This document shows, piece after piece, positions 45,801 through 61,800 of a DNA stretch of 64,000 nt. Positions within the stretch are counted from its first letter, which is position 1, and every line of letters begins with the position of its first letter. Location of the stretch: assembly GCA_964016885.1 (NCBI GenBank), contig OZ024742.1, positions 373,240,001 to 373,304,000 of the forward strand. Direction: 5' to 3'. Source of the DNA: Eledone cirrhosa. Its lineage: Eukaryota. The position numbers and the translations under genes were made by a program. The notes beneath the pieces were generated by a model. It saw only the letters and a program-made list of their open reading frames with translations. It ran no database searches and was not told the DNA's origin.

Positions 45801-48800
45801 CCACATACCTCTGATAGTCCCACTAGCCACATACCTCTGATAGTCCCACAAGCTACATACCTCTCATAGTTCCACAAGCCACATACCTCTCATAGTCCAA
45901 CACGCCACATATTAGTTTGATAGTCCCACAAGCCACATACCTCTGATAGTCCCACAAACCACATACCTCTGATAGTCCCACAAGCCACAGGTCACATACC
46001 TCTGATAGTCCCACAAACCACATACCTCTGATAGTCCCACAAGCCACATATTTGTCTGATAGTCCCACAGGTCACATACCTCTGATAGTCCCACAAGCCA
46101 CATACCTCTGATAGTCCCACAAGTCACATGCCTCCGATAGTCCCACAAGCCACATATTAGTCTGATAGTCTTACAAGCCACATACCTCTGATAGTCCCAC
46201 AAGCCACATACCTCTAGTAGTCCCACAAGCCACATACCTCTAGTAGTCCCACAAGTCACATACCTCTGATAGTCCCACAAGTCACATACCTCTGATAGTC
46301 CCACAAGCCACATATTAGTCTGATAGTCCCACAAGTCACATACCTCTGATAGTCCCACAAGCCACATATTAGTCTGATAGTCCCACAAGTCACATACCTT
46401 TGATAGTCCCACAAGCCACATATTAATCTGATAGTCCCAAAAGCCACATACCTCTGATAGTCCCACAAGCCACATATTAGTCTGATAGTCCCACAAGCCA
46501 CATACCTCTGATAGTCCCGCAAGCCACATACCTCTGATAGTCTCACAAGCCACATACCTCTGATAGTCCCACAAGCCACATACCTCTGATAGTCCCACAA
46601 GTCACATACCTCTGATAGTCCTACAAGCCACATATTAATCTGATAGTCCCACAAGCCACATACTTCTGATAGTCCCACAAGCCACATATTAGTCTGATAG
46701 TCCCACAAGTCACATACCTCTGATAGTCCCACAAGCCACATATTAGTCTGATAGTCCCACAAGTCACATACCTTTGATAGTCCCACAAGCCACATATTAA
46801 TCTGATAGTCCCAAAAGCCACATACCTCTGATAGTCCCACAAGCCACATATTCGTCTGATAGTCCCACAAGTCACATACCTCTGATAGTCCCACAAGCCA
46901 CATATTCGTCTGATAGTCCCACAAGTCACATACCTCCGATAGTCCCACAAGCCACATATTCGTCTGATAGTCCCACAAGTCACATACCTCTGATAGTCCC
47001 ACAAACCACATACCTCTGATAGTCCCACAAGCCACATACCTCTGATAGTCCCACAAGCCACATATTCGTCTGATAGTCCCACAAGCCACATACCTCTGAT
47101 AGTCCCACAAGTCACATACCTCCGATAGTCCCATAAGCCACATATTAGTCTGATAGTCCCACAAGCCACATACATCTGATAGTCCCACAAGCCACATACC
47201 TCTGATAGTCCCACAAGCCACATACCTCTGATAGTCCCACAAGCCACATACCTCTGATAGTCCCACAAGCCACATATTAGTCTGATAGTCCCACAGGTCA
47301 CATACCTCTGATAGTCCCACAAGCCACATACCTCTGATAGTCCCACAAGCCACATATTAGTGTGATAGTCCCACAAGCCACATACCTCTGATAGTCCCAC
47401 AAAACACATACCTCTGATAGTCCCACAAGCCACATACATATGATAGTCCCACAAGCCACATATTCGTCTGATAGTCCCACAAGCCACATACCTCTGATAG
47501 TCCCACAAGTCACATACCTCCGATAGTCCCACAAGCCACATATTAGTCTGATAGTCTTACAAGCCACATACCTCTGATAGTCCCACAAGCCACATACCTC
47601 TAATAGTCCCACAAGTCACATACCTCTGATAGTCCCACAAGTCACATACCTCTGATAGTCCCACAAGCCACATATTAGTCTGATAGTCCCACAAGCCACA
47701 TATTAGTCTAATAGTCCCACAAACCACATAGTTCTGATAGTCCCACAAGCCACATACTTCTGATAGTCCCACAAGCCACATACTGCTGATAGTCACACAA
47801 GCCACATATTGGTCTGATAGTCCCACAAGTCACATACCTCTGATAGTCCCATAAGCCACATATTAGTCTGATAGTCCCACAAGCCACATACATCTGATAG
47901 TCCTACAAGCCACATACCTCTGATAGTCCCCCAAGCCACATACCTCTGATAGTCCCACAAGCCACATAACTCTGATAGTCCATCAAGCCACATACCTCTG
48001 ATAGTCCCACAAGCCACATACCTCTGATAGTCCCACAAGCCACATACCTCTGATAGTCCCACAAGCCACATATTAGTCTGATAGTCCCACAAGCCACATA
48101 CCTCTGATAGTCCCACAAGCCACATACCTCTGATAGTTCCACAAGCCACATATTAGTCTGATAGTCACACAAGTCACATACCTCTGATAGTCCCACAGGC
48201 CACATATTAGTCTGATAGTCCCACAAGCCACATACCTCTGATAGTCCCACAAGTCACATGCCTCTAATAGTCCCACAATTCACATACCTCTGATAGTCTC
48301 ACAGGCCACATATTAGTCTGATAGTCCCACAAGCCACATACCTCTGATAGTCCCACAAACCACATACCTCTGATAGTCCCACAAGCCACATACCTCTGAT
48401 AGTCCCACAAGCCACATATTCGTCTGATAGTCCCACAAGTCACATACCTCTGATAGTCCCACAAGCCACATATTAGTCTGATAGTCCCACAAGTCACATA
48501 CCTCCGATAGTCCCACAAGCCACATATTCGTCTGATAGTCCCACAAGTCACATACCTCTGATAGTCCCACAAACCACATACCTCTGATAGTCCCACAAGT
48601 CACATACCTCTGATAGTCCCACAAGTCACATACCTCTGATAGTCCCACAAGCCACATATTAGTCTGATAGTCCCACAAGCGACATATTAGTCTAATAGTC
48701 CCACAAACCACATAGTCCTGATAGTCCCACAAGCCACATACTTCTGATAGTCCCACAAGCCACATACTGCTGATAGTCCCACAAGCCACATATTGGTTTG

Positions 48801-49836
48801 ATAGTCCCACAAGTTACATACCTCTGATAGTCCCATAAGCCACATATTAGTCTGATAGTCCCACAAGCCACATACATCTGATAGTCCCACAAGCCACATA
48901 CCTCTGATAGTCCCACAAGCCACATACCTCTGATAGTCCCACAAGCCACATACCTCTGATAGTCCCACAAGCCACATATTAGTCTGATAGTCCCACAAGT
49001 CACATACCTCTGATAGTCCCACAAGCTACATATTAGTCTGATAGTCCCACAAGTCACATACCTCTGATAGTCCCACAAGCCACATAACTCTGATAGTCCA
49101 TCAAGCCACATACCTCTGATAGTCCCACAAGCCACATACCTCTGATAGTCCCACAAGCCACATACCTCTGATAGTCCCACAAGCCACATATTAGTCTGAT
49201 AGTCCCACAAGCCACATACCTCTGATAGTCCCACAAGCCACATACCTCTGATAGTTCCACAAGCCACATATTAGTCTGATAGTCCCACAAGTCACATACC
49301 TCTGATAGTCCCACGGGCCACATATTAGTCTGATAGTCCCACAAGCCACATACCTCTGATAGTCCCACAAGTCACATGCCTCTAATAGTCCCACAATTCA
49401 CATACCTCTGATAGTCCCACAGGCCACATATTAGTCTGATAGTCCCACAAGCCACATACCTCTGATAGTCCCACAAGCCACATACCTCTGATAGTCCCAC
49501 AAACCACATACCTCTGATAGTCCCACAAGCCACATACCTCTGATAGTCCCACAAGCCACATATTCGTCTGATAGTCCCACAAGTCACATACCTCTGATAG
49601 TCCCACAAGCCACATATTAGTCTGATAGTCCCACAAGTCACATACCTCCGATAGTCCCACAAGCCACATATTCGTCTGATAGTCCCACAAGTCACATACC
49701 TCTGATAGTCCCACAAACCACATACCTCTGATAGTCCCACAAGTCACATACCTCTGATAGTCCCACAAGTCACATACCTCTGATAGTCCCACAAGCCACA
49801 TATTAGTCTGATAGTCCCACAAGCGACATATTAGTC

Positions 49837-52800
49837 TAATAGTCCCACAAACCACATAGTTCTGATAGTCCCACAAGCCACATACTTCTGATAGTCCCAC
49901 AAGCCACATACTGCTGATAGTCCCACAAGCCACATATTGGTTTGATAGTCCCACAAGTCACATACCTCTGATAGTCCCATAAGCCACATATTAGTCTGAT
50001 AGTCCCACAAGCCACATACATCTGATAGTCCCACAAGCCACATACCTCTGATAGTCCCACAAGCCACATACCTCTGATAGTCCCACAAGCCACATACCTC
50101 TGATAGTCCCACAAGCCACATATTAGTCTGATAGTCCCACAGGTCACATACCTCTGATAGTCCCACAAGCCACATACCTCTGATAGTCCCACAAGCCACA
50201 TATTAGTGTGATAGTCCCACAAGCCACATACCTCTGATAGTCCCACGAAACACATACCTCTGATAGTCCCACAAGCCACATACATATGATAGTCCCACAT
50301 GCCACATATTCGTCTGATAGTCCCACAAGCCACATACCTCTGATAGTCCCACAAGCCACATACCTCTGATAGTCCCACAAGTCACATACCTCCGATAGTC
50401 CCACAAGCCACATATTAGTCTGATAGTCTTACAAGCCACATACCTCTAATAGTCCCACAAGTCACATACCTCTGATAGTCCCACAAGTCACATACCTCTG
50501 ATAGTCCCACAAGCCACATATTAGTCTGATAGTCCCACAAGCCACATATTAGTCTAATAGTCCCACAAACCACATAGTTCTGATAGTCCCACAAGCCACA
50601 TACTTCTGATAGTCCCACAAGCCACATACTGCTGATAGTCACACAAGCCACATATTGGTCTGATAGTCCCACAAGTCACATACCTCTGATAGTCCCATAA
50701 GCCACATATTAGTCTGATAGTCCCACAAGCCACATACATCTGATAGTCCTACAAGCCACATACCTCTGATAGTCCCACAAGCCACATACCTCTGATAGTC
50801 CCACAAGCCACATACCTCTGATAGTCCCACAAGCCACATACCTCTGATAGTCTCACAAGCCACATACCTCTGATAGTCCCACTAGCCACATACCTCTGAT
50901 AGTCCCACAAGCTACATACCTCTCATAGTCCCACAAGCCACATACCTCTCATAGTCCAACACGCCACATATTAGTTTGATAGTCCCACAAGCCACATACC
51001 TCTGATAGTCCCACAAACCACATACCTCTGATAGTCCCACAAGCCGCATATTAGTCTGATAGTCCCACAGGTCACATATCTCTGATAGTCCCACAAGCCA
51101 CATACCTCTGATAGTCCCACAAGCCACATACCTCTGATAGTCCCACAATCCACATACCTCTGATAGTCTCACAAGCCACATACCTCTGATAGTCCCACTA
51201 GCCACATACCTCTGATAGTCCCACAAGCTACATACCTCTCATAGTCCCACAAGCCACATACCTCTCATAGTCCAACACGCCACATATTAGTTTGATAGTC
51301 CCACAAGCCACATACCTCTGATAGTCCCACAAACCACATACCTCTGATAGTCCCACAAGCCACATATTAGTCTGATAGTCCCACAGGTCACATACCTCTG
51401 ATAGTCCATCAAGCCACATACCTCTGATAGTCCCACAAGCCACATACCTCTGATAGTCCCACAAGCCACATACCTCTGATAGTCCCACAAGCCACATATT
51501 AGTCTGATAGTCCCACAAGCCACATACCTCTGATAGTCCCACAAGCCACATACCTCTGATAGTTCCACAAGCCACATATTAGTCTGATAGTCCCACAAGT
51601 CACATACCTCTGATAGTCCCACAGGCCACATATTAGTCTGATAGTCCCACAAGCCACATACCTCTGATAGTCCCACAAGTCACATGCCTCTAATAGTCCC
51701 ACAATTCACATACCTCTGATAGTCCCACAGGCCACATATTAGTCTGATAGTCCCACAAGCCACATACCTCTGATAGTCCCACAAGTCACATACCTCTGAT
51801 AGTCCCACAAGCCACATATTAGTCTGATAGTCCCACAAGTCACATACCTCCGATAGTCCCACAAGCCACATATTCGTCTGATAGTCCCACAACTCACATA
51901 CCTCTGATAGTCCCACAAACCACATACCTCTGATAGTCCCACAAGCCACATACCTCTGATAGTCCCACAAGCCACATATTCGTCTGATAGTCCCAGAAGC
52001 CACATACCTCTGATAGTCCCACAAGTCACATACCTCCGATAGTCCCACAAGCCACATATTAGTCTGATAGTCTTACAAGCCACATACCTCTGATAGTCCC
52101 ACAAGCCACATACCTCTAATAGTCCCACAAGTCACATACCTCTGATAGTCCCACAAGTCACATACCTCTGATAGTCCCACAAGCCACATATTAGTCTGAT
52201 AGTCCCACAAGCGACATATTAGTCTAATAGTCCCACAAACCACATAGTTCTGATAGTCCCACAAGCCACATACTTCTGATAGTCCCACAAGCCACATACT
52301 GCTGATAGTCCCACAAGCCACATATTGGTTTGATAGTCCCACAAGTCACATACCTCTGATAGTCCCATAAGCCACATATTAGTCTGATAGTCCCACAAGC
52401 CACATACATCTGATAGTCCCACAAGCCACATACCTCTGATAGTCCCACAAGCCACATACCTCTGATAGTCCCACAAGCCACATACCTCTGATAGTCCCAC
52501 AAGCCACATATTAGTCTGATAGTCCCACAGGTCACATACCTCTGATAGTCCCACAAGCCACATACCTCTGATAGTCCCACAAGCCACATATTAGTGTGAT
52601 AGTCCCACAAGCCACATACCTCTGATAGTCCCACAAAACATACCTCTGATAGTCCCACAAGCGACATACATATGATAGTCCCACAAGCCACATATTCGTC
52701 TGATAGTCCAACAAGCCACATACCTCTAATAGTCCCACAAGTCACATACCTCTGATAGTCCCACAAGTCACATACCTCTGATAGTCCCACAAGCCACATA

Positions 52801-55800
52801 TTAGTCTGATAGTCCCACAAGCCACATATTAGTCTAATAGTCCCACAAACCACATAGTTCTGATAGTCCCACAAGCCACATACTTCTGATAGTCCCACAA
52901 GCCACATACTGCTGATAGTCCCACAAGCCACATATTGGTTTGATAGTCCCACAAGTCACATACCTCTGATAGTCCCATAAGCCACATATTAGTCTGATAG
53001 TCCCACAAGCCACATACATCTGATAGTCCCACAAGCCACATACCTCTGATAGTCCCACAAGCCACATACCTCTGATAGTCCCACAAGCCACATACCTCTG
53101 ATAGTCCCACAAGCCACATATTAGTCTGATAGTCCCACAGGTCACATACCTCTGATAGTCCCACAAGCCACATACCTCTGATAGTCCCACAAGCCACATA
53201 TTAGTGTGATAGTCCCACAAGCCACATACCTCTGATAGTCCCACGAAACACATACCTCTGATAGTCCCACAAGCCACATACATATGATAGTCCCACATGC
53301 CACATATTCGTCTGATAGTCCCACAAGCCACATACCTCTGATAGTCCCACAAGCCACATACCTCTGATAGTCCCACAAGTCACATACCTCCGATAGTCCC
53401 ACAAGCCACATATTAGTCTGATAGTCTTACAAGCCACATACCTCTAATAGTCCCACAAGTCACATACCTCTGATAGTCCCACAAGTCACATACCTCTGAT
53501 AGTCCCACAAGCCACATATTAGTCTGATAGTCCCACAAGCCACATATTAGTCTAATAGTCCCACAAACCACATAGTTCTGATAGTCCCACAAGCCACATA
53601 CTTCTGATAGTCCCACAAGCCACATACTGCTGATAGTCACACAAGCCACATATTGGTCTGATAGTCCCACAAGTCACATACCTCTGATAGTCCCATAAGC
53701 CACATATTAGTCTGATAGTCCCACAGGCCACATACATCTGATAGTCCTACAAGCCACATACCTCTGATAGTCCCACAAGCCACATACCTCTGATAGTCCC
53801 ACAAGCCACATACCTCTGATAGTCCCACAAGCCACATACCTCTGATAGTCTCACAAGCCACATACCTCTGATAGTCCCACTAGCCACATACCTCTGATAG
53901 TCCCACAAGCTACATACCTCTCATAGTCCCACAAGCCACATACCTCTCATAGTCCAACACGCCACATATTAGTTTGATAGTCCCACAAGCCACATACCTC
54001 TGATAGTCCCACAAACCACATACCTCTGATAGTCCCACAAGCCGCATATTAGTCTGATAGTCCCACAGGTCACATATCTCTGATAGTCCCACAAGCCACA
54101 TACCTCTGATAGTCCCACAAGCCACATACCTCTGATAGTCCCACAATCCACATACCTCTGATAGTCTCACAAGCCACATACCTCTGATAGTCCCACTAGC
54201 CACATACCTCTGATAGTCCCACAAGCTACATACCTCTCATAGTCCCACAAGCCACATACCTCTCATAGTCCAACACGCCACATATTAGTTTGATAGTCCC
54301 ACAAGCCACATACCTCTGATAGTCCCACAAACCACATACCTCTGATAGTCCCACAAGCCACATATTAGTCTGATAGTCCCACAGGTCACATACCTCTGAT
54401 AGTCCATCAAGCCACATACCTCTGATAGTCCCACAAGCCACATACCTCTGATAGTCCCACAAGCCACATACCTCTGATAGTCCCACAAGCCACATATTAG
54501 TCTGATAGTCCCACAAGCCACATACCTCTGATAGTCCCACAAGCCACATACCTCTGATAGTTCCACAAGCCACATATTAGTCTGATAGTCCCACAAGTCA
54601 CATACCTCTGATAGTCCCACAGGCCACATATTAGTCTGATAGTCCCACAAGCCACATACCTCTGATAGTCCCACAAGTCACATGCCTCTAATAGTCCCAC
54701 AATTCACATACCTCTGATAGTCCCACAGGCCACATATTAGTCTGATAGTCCCACAAGCCACATACCTCTGATAGTCCCACAAGTCACATACCTCTGATAG
54801 TCCCACAAGCCACATATTAGTCTGATAGTCCCACAAGTCACATACCTCCGATAGTCCCACAAGCCACATATTCGTCTGATAGTCCCACAACTCACATACC
54901 TCTGATAGTCCCACAAACCACATACCTCTGATAGTCCCACAAGCCACATACCTCTGATAGTCCCACAAGCCACATATTCGTCTGATAGTCCCAGAAGCCA
55001 CATACCTCTGATAGTCCCACAAGTCACATACCTCCGATAGTCCCACAAGCCACATATTAGTCTGATAGTCTTACAAGCCACATACCTCTGATAGTCCCAC
55101 AAGCCACATACCTCTAATAGTCCCACAAGTCACATACCTCTGATAGTCCCACAAGTCACATACCTCTGATAGTCCCACAAGCCACATATTAGTCTGATAG
55201 TCCCACAAGCGACATATTAGTCTAATAGTCCCACAAACCACATAGTTCTGATAGTCCCACAAGCCACATACTTCTGATAGTCCCACAAGCCACATACTGC
55301 TGATAGTCCCACAAGCCACATATTGGTTTGATAGTCCCACAAGTCACATACCTCTGATAGTCCCATAAGCCACATATTAGTCTGATAGTCCCACAAGCCA
55401 CATACATCTGATAGTCCCACAAGCCACATACCTCTGATAGTCCCACAAGCCACATACCTCTGATAGTCCCACAAGCCACATACCTCTGATAGTCCCACAA
55501 GCCACATATTAGTCTGATAGTCCCACAGGTCACATACCTCTGATAGTCCCACAAGCCACATACCTCTGATAGTCCCACAAGCCACATATTAGTGTGATAG
55601 TCCCACAAGCCACATACCTCTGATAGTCCCACAAAACATACCTCTGATAGTCCCACAAGCGACATACATATGATAGTCCCACAAGCCACATATTCGTCTG
55701 ATAGTCCAACAAGCCACATACCTCTAATAGTCCCACAAGTCACATACCTCTGATAGTCCCACAAGTCACATACCTCTGATAGTCCCACAAGCCACATATT

Positions 55801-55832
55801 AGTCTGATAGTCCCACAAGCCACATATTAGTC
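49837..55832. repeat. Tandem duplication of a 2998-bp higher-order unit, with further partial copies at offsets 7002 and 9544
   Basis: ORF sets 49831/52829/56833/59375, 51228/54226/60772 and 52219/55217/61763. Both tandem units carry a 24-bp monomer (52623 and 55621). Confidence 0.92.
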
Positions 55833-58800
55833 TAATAGTCCCACAAACCACATAGTTCTGATAGTCCCACAAGCCACATACTGCTGATAGTCACACAAGC
55901 CACATATTGCTCTGATAGTCCCACAAGTCACATACCTCTGATAGTCCCATAAGCCACATATTAGTCTGATAGTCCCACAAGCCACATACATCTGATAGTC
56001 CTACAAGCCACATACCTCTAATAGTCCCACAAGCCACATACCTCTGATAGTCCCACAAGCCACATACCTCTGATAGTCTCACAAGCCACATACCTCTGAT
56101 AGTCCCACTAGCCACATACCTCTGATAGTCCCACAAGCTACATACCTCTCATAGTCCCACAAGCCACATACCTCTCATAGTCCAACACGCCACATATTAG
56201 TTTGATAGTCCCACAAGCCACATACCTCTGATAGTCCCACAAACCACATACCTCTGATAGTCCCACAAGCCGCATATTAGTCTGATAGTCCCACAGGTCA
56301 CATATCTCTGATAGTCCCACAAGCCACATACCTCTGATAGTCCCACAAGCCACATACCTCTGATAGTCCCACAATCCACATACCTCTGATAGTCTCACAA
56401 GCCACATACCTCTGATAGTCCCACTAGCCACATACCTCTGATAGTCCGACAAGCTACATACCTCTCATAGTCCCACAAGCCACATACCTCTCATAGTCCA
56501 ACACGCCACATATTAGTTTGATAGTCCCACAAGCCACATACCTCTGATAGTCCCACAAACCACATACCTCTGATAGTCCCACAAGCCACATACCTCTGAT
56601 AGTCCCACAAGCCACATATTCGTCTGATAGTCCCACAAGTCACATACCTCCGATAGTCCCACAAGCCACATATTCGTCTGATAGTCCCACAAGTCACATA
56701 CCTCTGATAGTCCCACAAACCACATACCTCTGATAGTTCCACAAGTCACATACCTCTGATAGTCCCACAAGTCACATACCTCTGATAGTCCCACAAGCCA
56801 CATATTAGTCTGATAGTCCCACAAGCGACATATTAGTCTAATAGTCCCACAAACCACATAGTTCTGATAGTCCCACAAGCCACATACTTCTGATAGTCCC
56901 ACAAGCCACATACTGCTGATAGTCCCACAAGCCACATATTGGTTTGATAGTCCCACAAGTCACATACCTCTGATAGTCCCATAAGCCACATATTAGTCTG
57001 ATAGTCCCACAAGCCACATACATCTGATAGTCCCACAAGCCACATACCTCTGATAGTCCCACAAGCCACATACCTCTGATAGTCCCACAAGCCACATACC
57101 TCTGATAGTCCCACAAGCCACATATTAGTCTGATAGTCCCACAGGTCACATACCTCTGATAGTCCCACAAGCCACATACCTCTGATAGTCCCACAAGCCA
57201 CATATTAGTGTGATAGTCCCACAAGCCACATACCTCTGATAGTCCCACGAAACACATACCTCTGATAGTCCCACAAGCCACATACATATGATAGTCCCAC
57301 ATGCCACATATTCGTCTGATAGTCCCACAAGCCACATACCTCTGATAGTCCCACAAGCCACATACCTCTGATAGTCCCACAAGTCACATACCTCCGATAG
57401 TCCCACAAGCCACATATTAGTCTGATAGTCTTACAAGCCACATACCTCTAATAGTCCCACAAGTCACATACCTCTGATAGTCCCACAAGTCACATACCTC
57501 TGATAGTCCCACAAGCCACATATTAGTCTGATAGTCCCACAAGCCACATATTAGTCTAATAGTCCCACAAACCACATAGTTCTGATAGTCCCACAAGCCA
57601 CATACTTCTGATAGTCCCACAAGCCACATACTGCTGATAGTCACACAAGCCACATATTGGTCTGATAGTCCCACAAGTCACATACCTCTGATAGTCCCAT
57701 AAGCCACATATTAGTCTGATAGTCCCACAAGCCACATACATCTGATAGTCCTACAAGCCACATACCTCTGATAGTCCCACAAGCCACATACCTCTGATAG
57801 TCCCACAAGCCACATACCTCTGATAGTCCCACAAGCCACATACCTCTGATAGTCTCACAAGCCACATACCTCTGATAGTCCCACTAGCCACATACCTCTG
57901 ATAGTCCCACAAGCTACATACCTCTCATAGTCCCACAAGCCACATACCTCTCATAGTCCAACACGCCACATATTAGTTTGATAGTCCCACAAGCCACATA
58001 CCTCTGATAGTCCCACAAACCACATACCTCTGATAGTCCCACAAGCCGCATATTAGTCTGATAGTCCCACAGGTCACATATCTCTGATAGTCCCACAAGC
58101 CACATACCTCTGATAGTCCCACAAGCCACATACCTCTGATAGTCCCACAATCCACATACCTCTGATAGTCTCACAAGCCACATACCTCTGATAGTCCCAC
58201 TAGCCACATACCTCTGATAGTCCCACAAGCTACATACCTCTCATAGTCCCACAAGCCACATACCTCTCATAGTCCAACACGCCACATATTAGTTTGATAG
58301 TCCCACAAGCCACATACCTCTGATAGTCCCACAAACCACATACCTCTGATAGTCCCACAAGCCACATATTAGTCTGATAGTCCCACAGGTCACATACCTC
58401 TGATAGTCCATCAAGCCACATACCTCTGATAGTCCCACAAGCCACATATTAGTCTGATAGTCCCACAAGCCACATACATCTGATAGTCCTACAAGCCACA
58501 TACCTCTAATAGTCCCACAAGCCACATACCTCTGATAGTCCCACAAGCCACATACCTCTGATAGTCTCACAAGCCACATACCTCTGATAGTCCCACTAGC
58601 CACATACCTCTGATAGTCCCACAAGCTACATACCTCTCATAGTCCCACAAGCCACATACCTCTCATAGTCCAACACGCCACATATTAGTTTGATAGTCCC
58701 ACAAGCCACATACCTCTGATAGTCCCACAAACCACATACCTCTGATAGTCCCACAAGCCGCATATTAGTCTGATAGTCCCACAGGTCACATATCTCTGAT

Positions 58801-61800
58801 AGTCCCACAAGCCACATACCTCTGATAGTCCCACAAGCCACATACCTCTGATAGTCCCACAATCCACATACCTCTGATAGTCTCACAAGCCACATACCTC
58901 TGATAGTCCCACTAGCCACATACCTCTGATAGTCCGACAAGCTACATACCTCTCATAGTCCCACAAGCCACATACCTCTCATAGTCCAACACGCCACATA
59001 TTAGTTTGATAGTCCCACAAGCCACATACCTCTGATAGTCCCACAAACCACATACCTCTGATAGTCCCACAAGCCACATACCTCTGATAGTCCCACAAGC
59101 CACATATTCGTCTGATAGTCCCACAAGTCACATACCTCTGATAGTCCCACAAGCCACATATTAGTCTGATAGTCCCACAAGTCACATACCTCCGATAGTC
59201 CCACAAGCCACATATTCGTCTGATAGTCCCACAAGTCACATACCTCTGATAGTCCCACAAACCACATACCTCTGATAGTTCCACAAGTCACATACCTCTG
59301 ATAGTCCCACAAGTCACATACCTCTGATAGTCCCACAAGCCACATATTAGTCTGATAGTCCCACAAGCGACATATTAGTCTAATAGTCCCACAAACCACA
59401 TAGTTCTGATAGTCCCACAAGCCACATACTTCTGATAGTCCCACAAGCCACATACTGCTGATAGTCCCACAAGCCACATATTGGTTTGATAGTCCCACAA
59501 GTCACATACCTCTGATAGTCCCATAAGCCACATATTAGTCTGATAGTCCCACAAGCCACATACATCTGATAGTCCCACAAGCCACATACCTCTGATAGTC
59601 CCACAAGCCACATACCTCTGATAGTCCCACAAGCCACATACCTCTGATAGTCCCACAAGCCACATATTAGTCTGATAGTCCCACAGGTCACATACCTCTG
59701 ATAGTCCCACAAGCCACATACCTCTGATAGTCCCACAAGCCACATATTAGTGTGATAGTCCCACAAGCCACATACCTCTGATAGTCCCACGAAACACATA
59801 CCTCTGATAGTCCCACAAGCCACATACATATGATAGTCCCACATGCCACATATTCGTCTGATAGTCCCACAAGCCACATACCTCTGATAGTCCCACAAGC
59901 CACATACCTCTGATAGTCCCACAAGTCACATACCTCCGATAGTCCCACAAGCCACATATTAGTCTGATAGTCTTACAAGCCACATACCTCTAATAGTCCC
60001 ACAAGTCACATACCTCTGATAGTCCCACAAGTCACATACCTCTGATAGTCCCACAAGCCACATATTAGTCTGATAGTCCCACAAGCCACATATTAGTCTA
60101 ATAGTCCCACAAACCACATAGTTCTGATAGTCCCACAAGCCACATACTTCTGATAGTCCCACAAGCCACATACTGCTGATAGTCACACAAGCCACATATT
60201 GGTCTGATAGTCCCACAAGTCACATACCTCTGATAGTCCCATAAGCCACATATTAGTCTGATAGTCCCACAAGCCACATACATCTGATAGTCCTACAAGC
60301 CACATACCTCTGATAGTCCCACAAGCCACATACCTCTGATAGTCCCACAAGCCACATACCTCTGATAGTCCCACAAGCCACATACCTCTGATAGTCTCAC
60401 AAGCCACATACCTCTGATAGTCCCACTAGCCACATACCTCTGATAGTCCCACAAGCTACATACCTCTCATAGTCCCACAAGCCACATACCTCTCATAGTC
60501 CAACACGCCACATATTAGTTTGATAGTCCCACAAGCCACATACCTCTGATAGTCCCACAAACCACATACCTCTGATAGTCCCACAAGCCGCATATTAGTC
60601 TGATAGTCCCACAGGTCACATATCTCTGATAGTCCCACAAGCCACATACCTCTGATAGTCCCACAAGCCACATACCTCTGATAGTCCCACAATCCACATA
60701 CCTCTGATAGTCTCACAAGCCACATACCTCTGATAGTCCCACTAGCCACATACCTCTGATAGTCCCACAAGCTACATACCTCTCATAGTCCCACAAGCCA
60801 CATACCTCTCATAGTCCAACACGCCACATATTAGTTTGATAGTCCCACAAGCCACATACCTCTGATAGTCCCACAAACCACATACCTCTGATAGTCCCAC
60901 AAGCCACATATTAGTCTGATAGTCCCACAGGTCACATACCTCTGATAGTCCATCAAGCCACATACCTCTGATAGTCCCACAAGCCACATACCTCTGATAG
61001 TCCCACAAGCCACATACCTCTGATAGTCCCACAAGCCACATATTAGTCTGATAGTCCCACAAGCCACATACCTCTGATAGTCCCACAAGCCACATAGCTC
61101 TGATAGTTCCACAAGCCACATATTAGTCTGATAGTCCCACAAGTCACATACCTCTGATAGTCCCACAGGCCACATATTAGTCTGATAGTCCCACAAGCCA
61201 CATACCTCTGATAGTCCCACAAGTCACATGCCTCTAATAGTCCCACAATTCACATACCTCTGATAGTCCCACAGGCCACATATTAGTCTGATAGTCCCAC
61301 AAGCCACATACCTCTGATAGTCCCACAAGTCACATACCTCTGATAGTCCCACAAGCCACATATTAGTCTGATAGTCCCACAAGTCACATACCTCCGATAG
61401 TCCCACAAGCCACATATTCGTCTGATAGTCCCACAACTCACATACCTCTGATAGTCCCACAAACCACATACCTCTGATAGTCCCACAAGCCACATACCTC
61501 TGATAGTCCCACAAGCCACATATTCGTCTGATAGTCCCAGAAGCCACATACCTCTGATAGTCCCACAAGTCACATACCTCCGATAGTCCCACAAGCCACA
61601 TATTAGTCTGATAGTCTTACAAGCCACATACCTCTGATAGTCCCACAAGCCACATACCTCTAATAGTCCCACAAGTCACATACCTCTGATAGTCCCACAA
61701 GTCACATACCTCTGATAGTCCCACAAGCCACATATTAGTCTGATAGTCCCACAAGCGACATATTAGTCTAATAGTCCCACAAACCACATAGTTCTGATAG

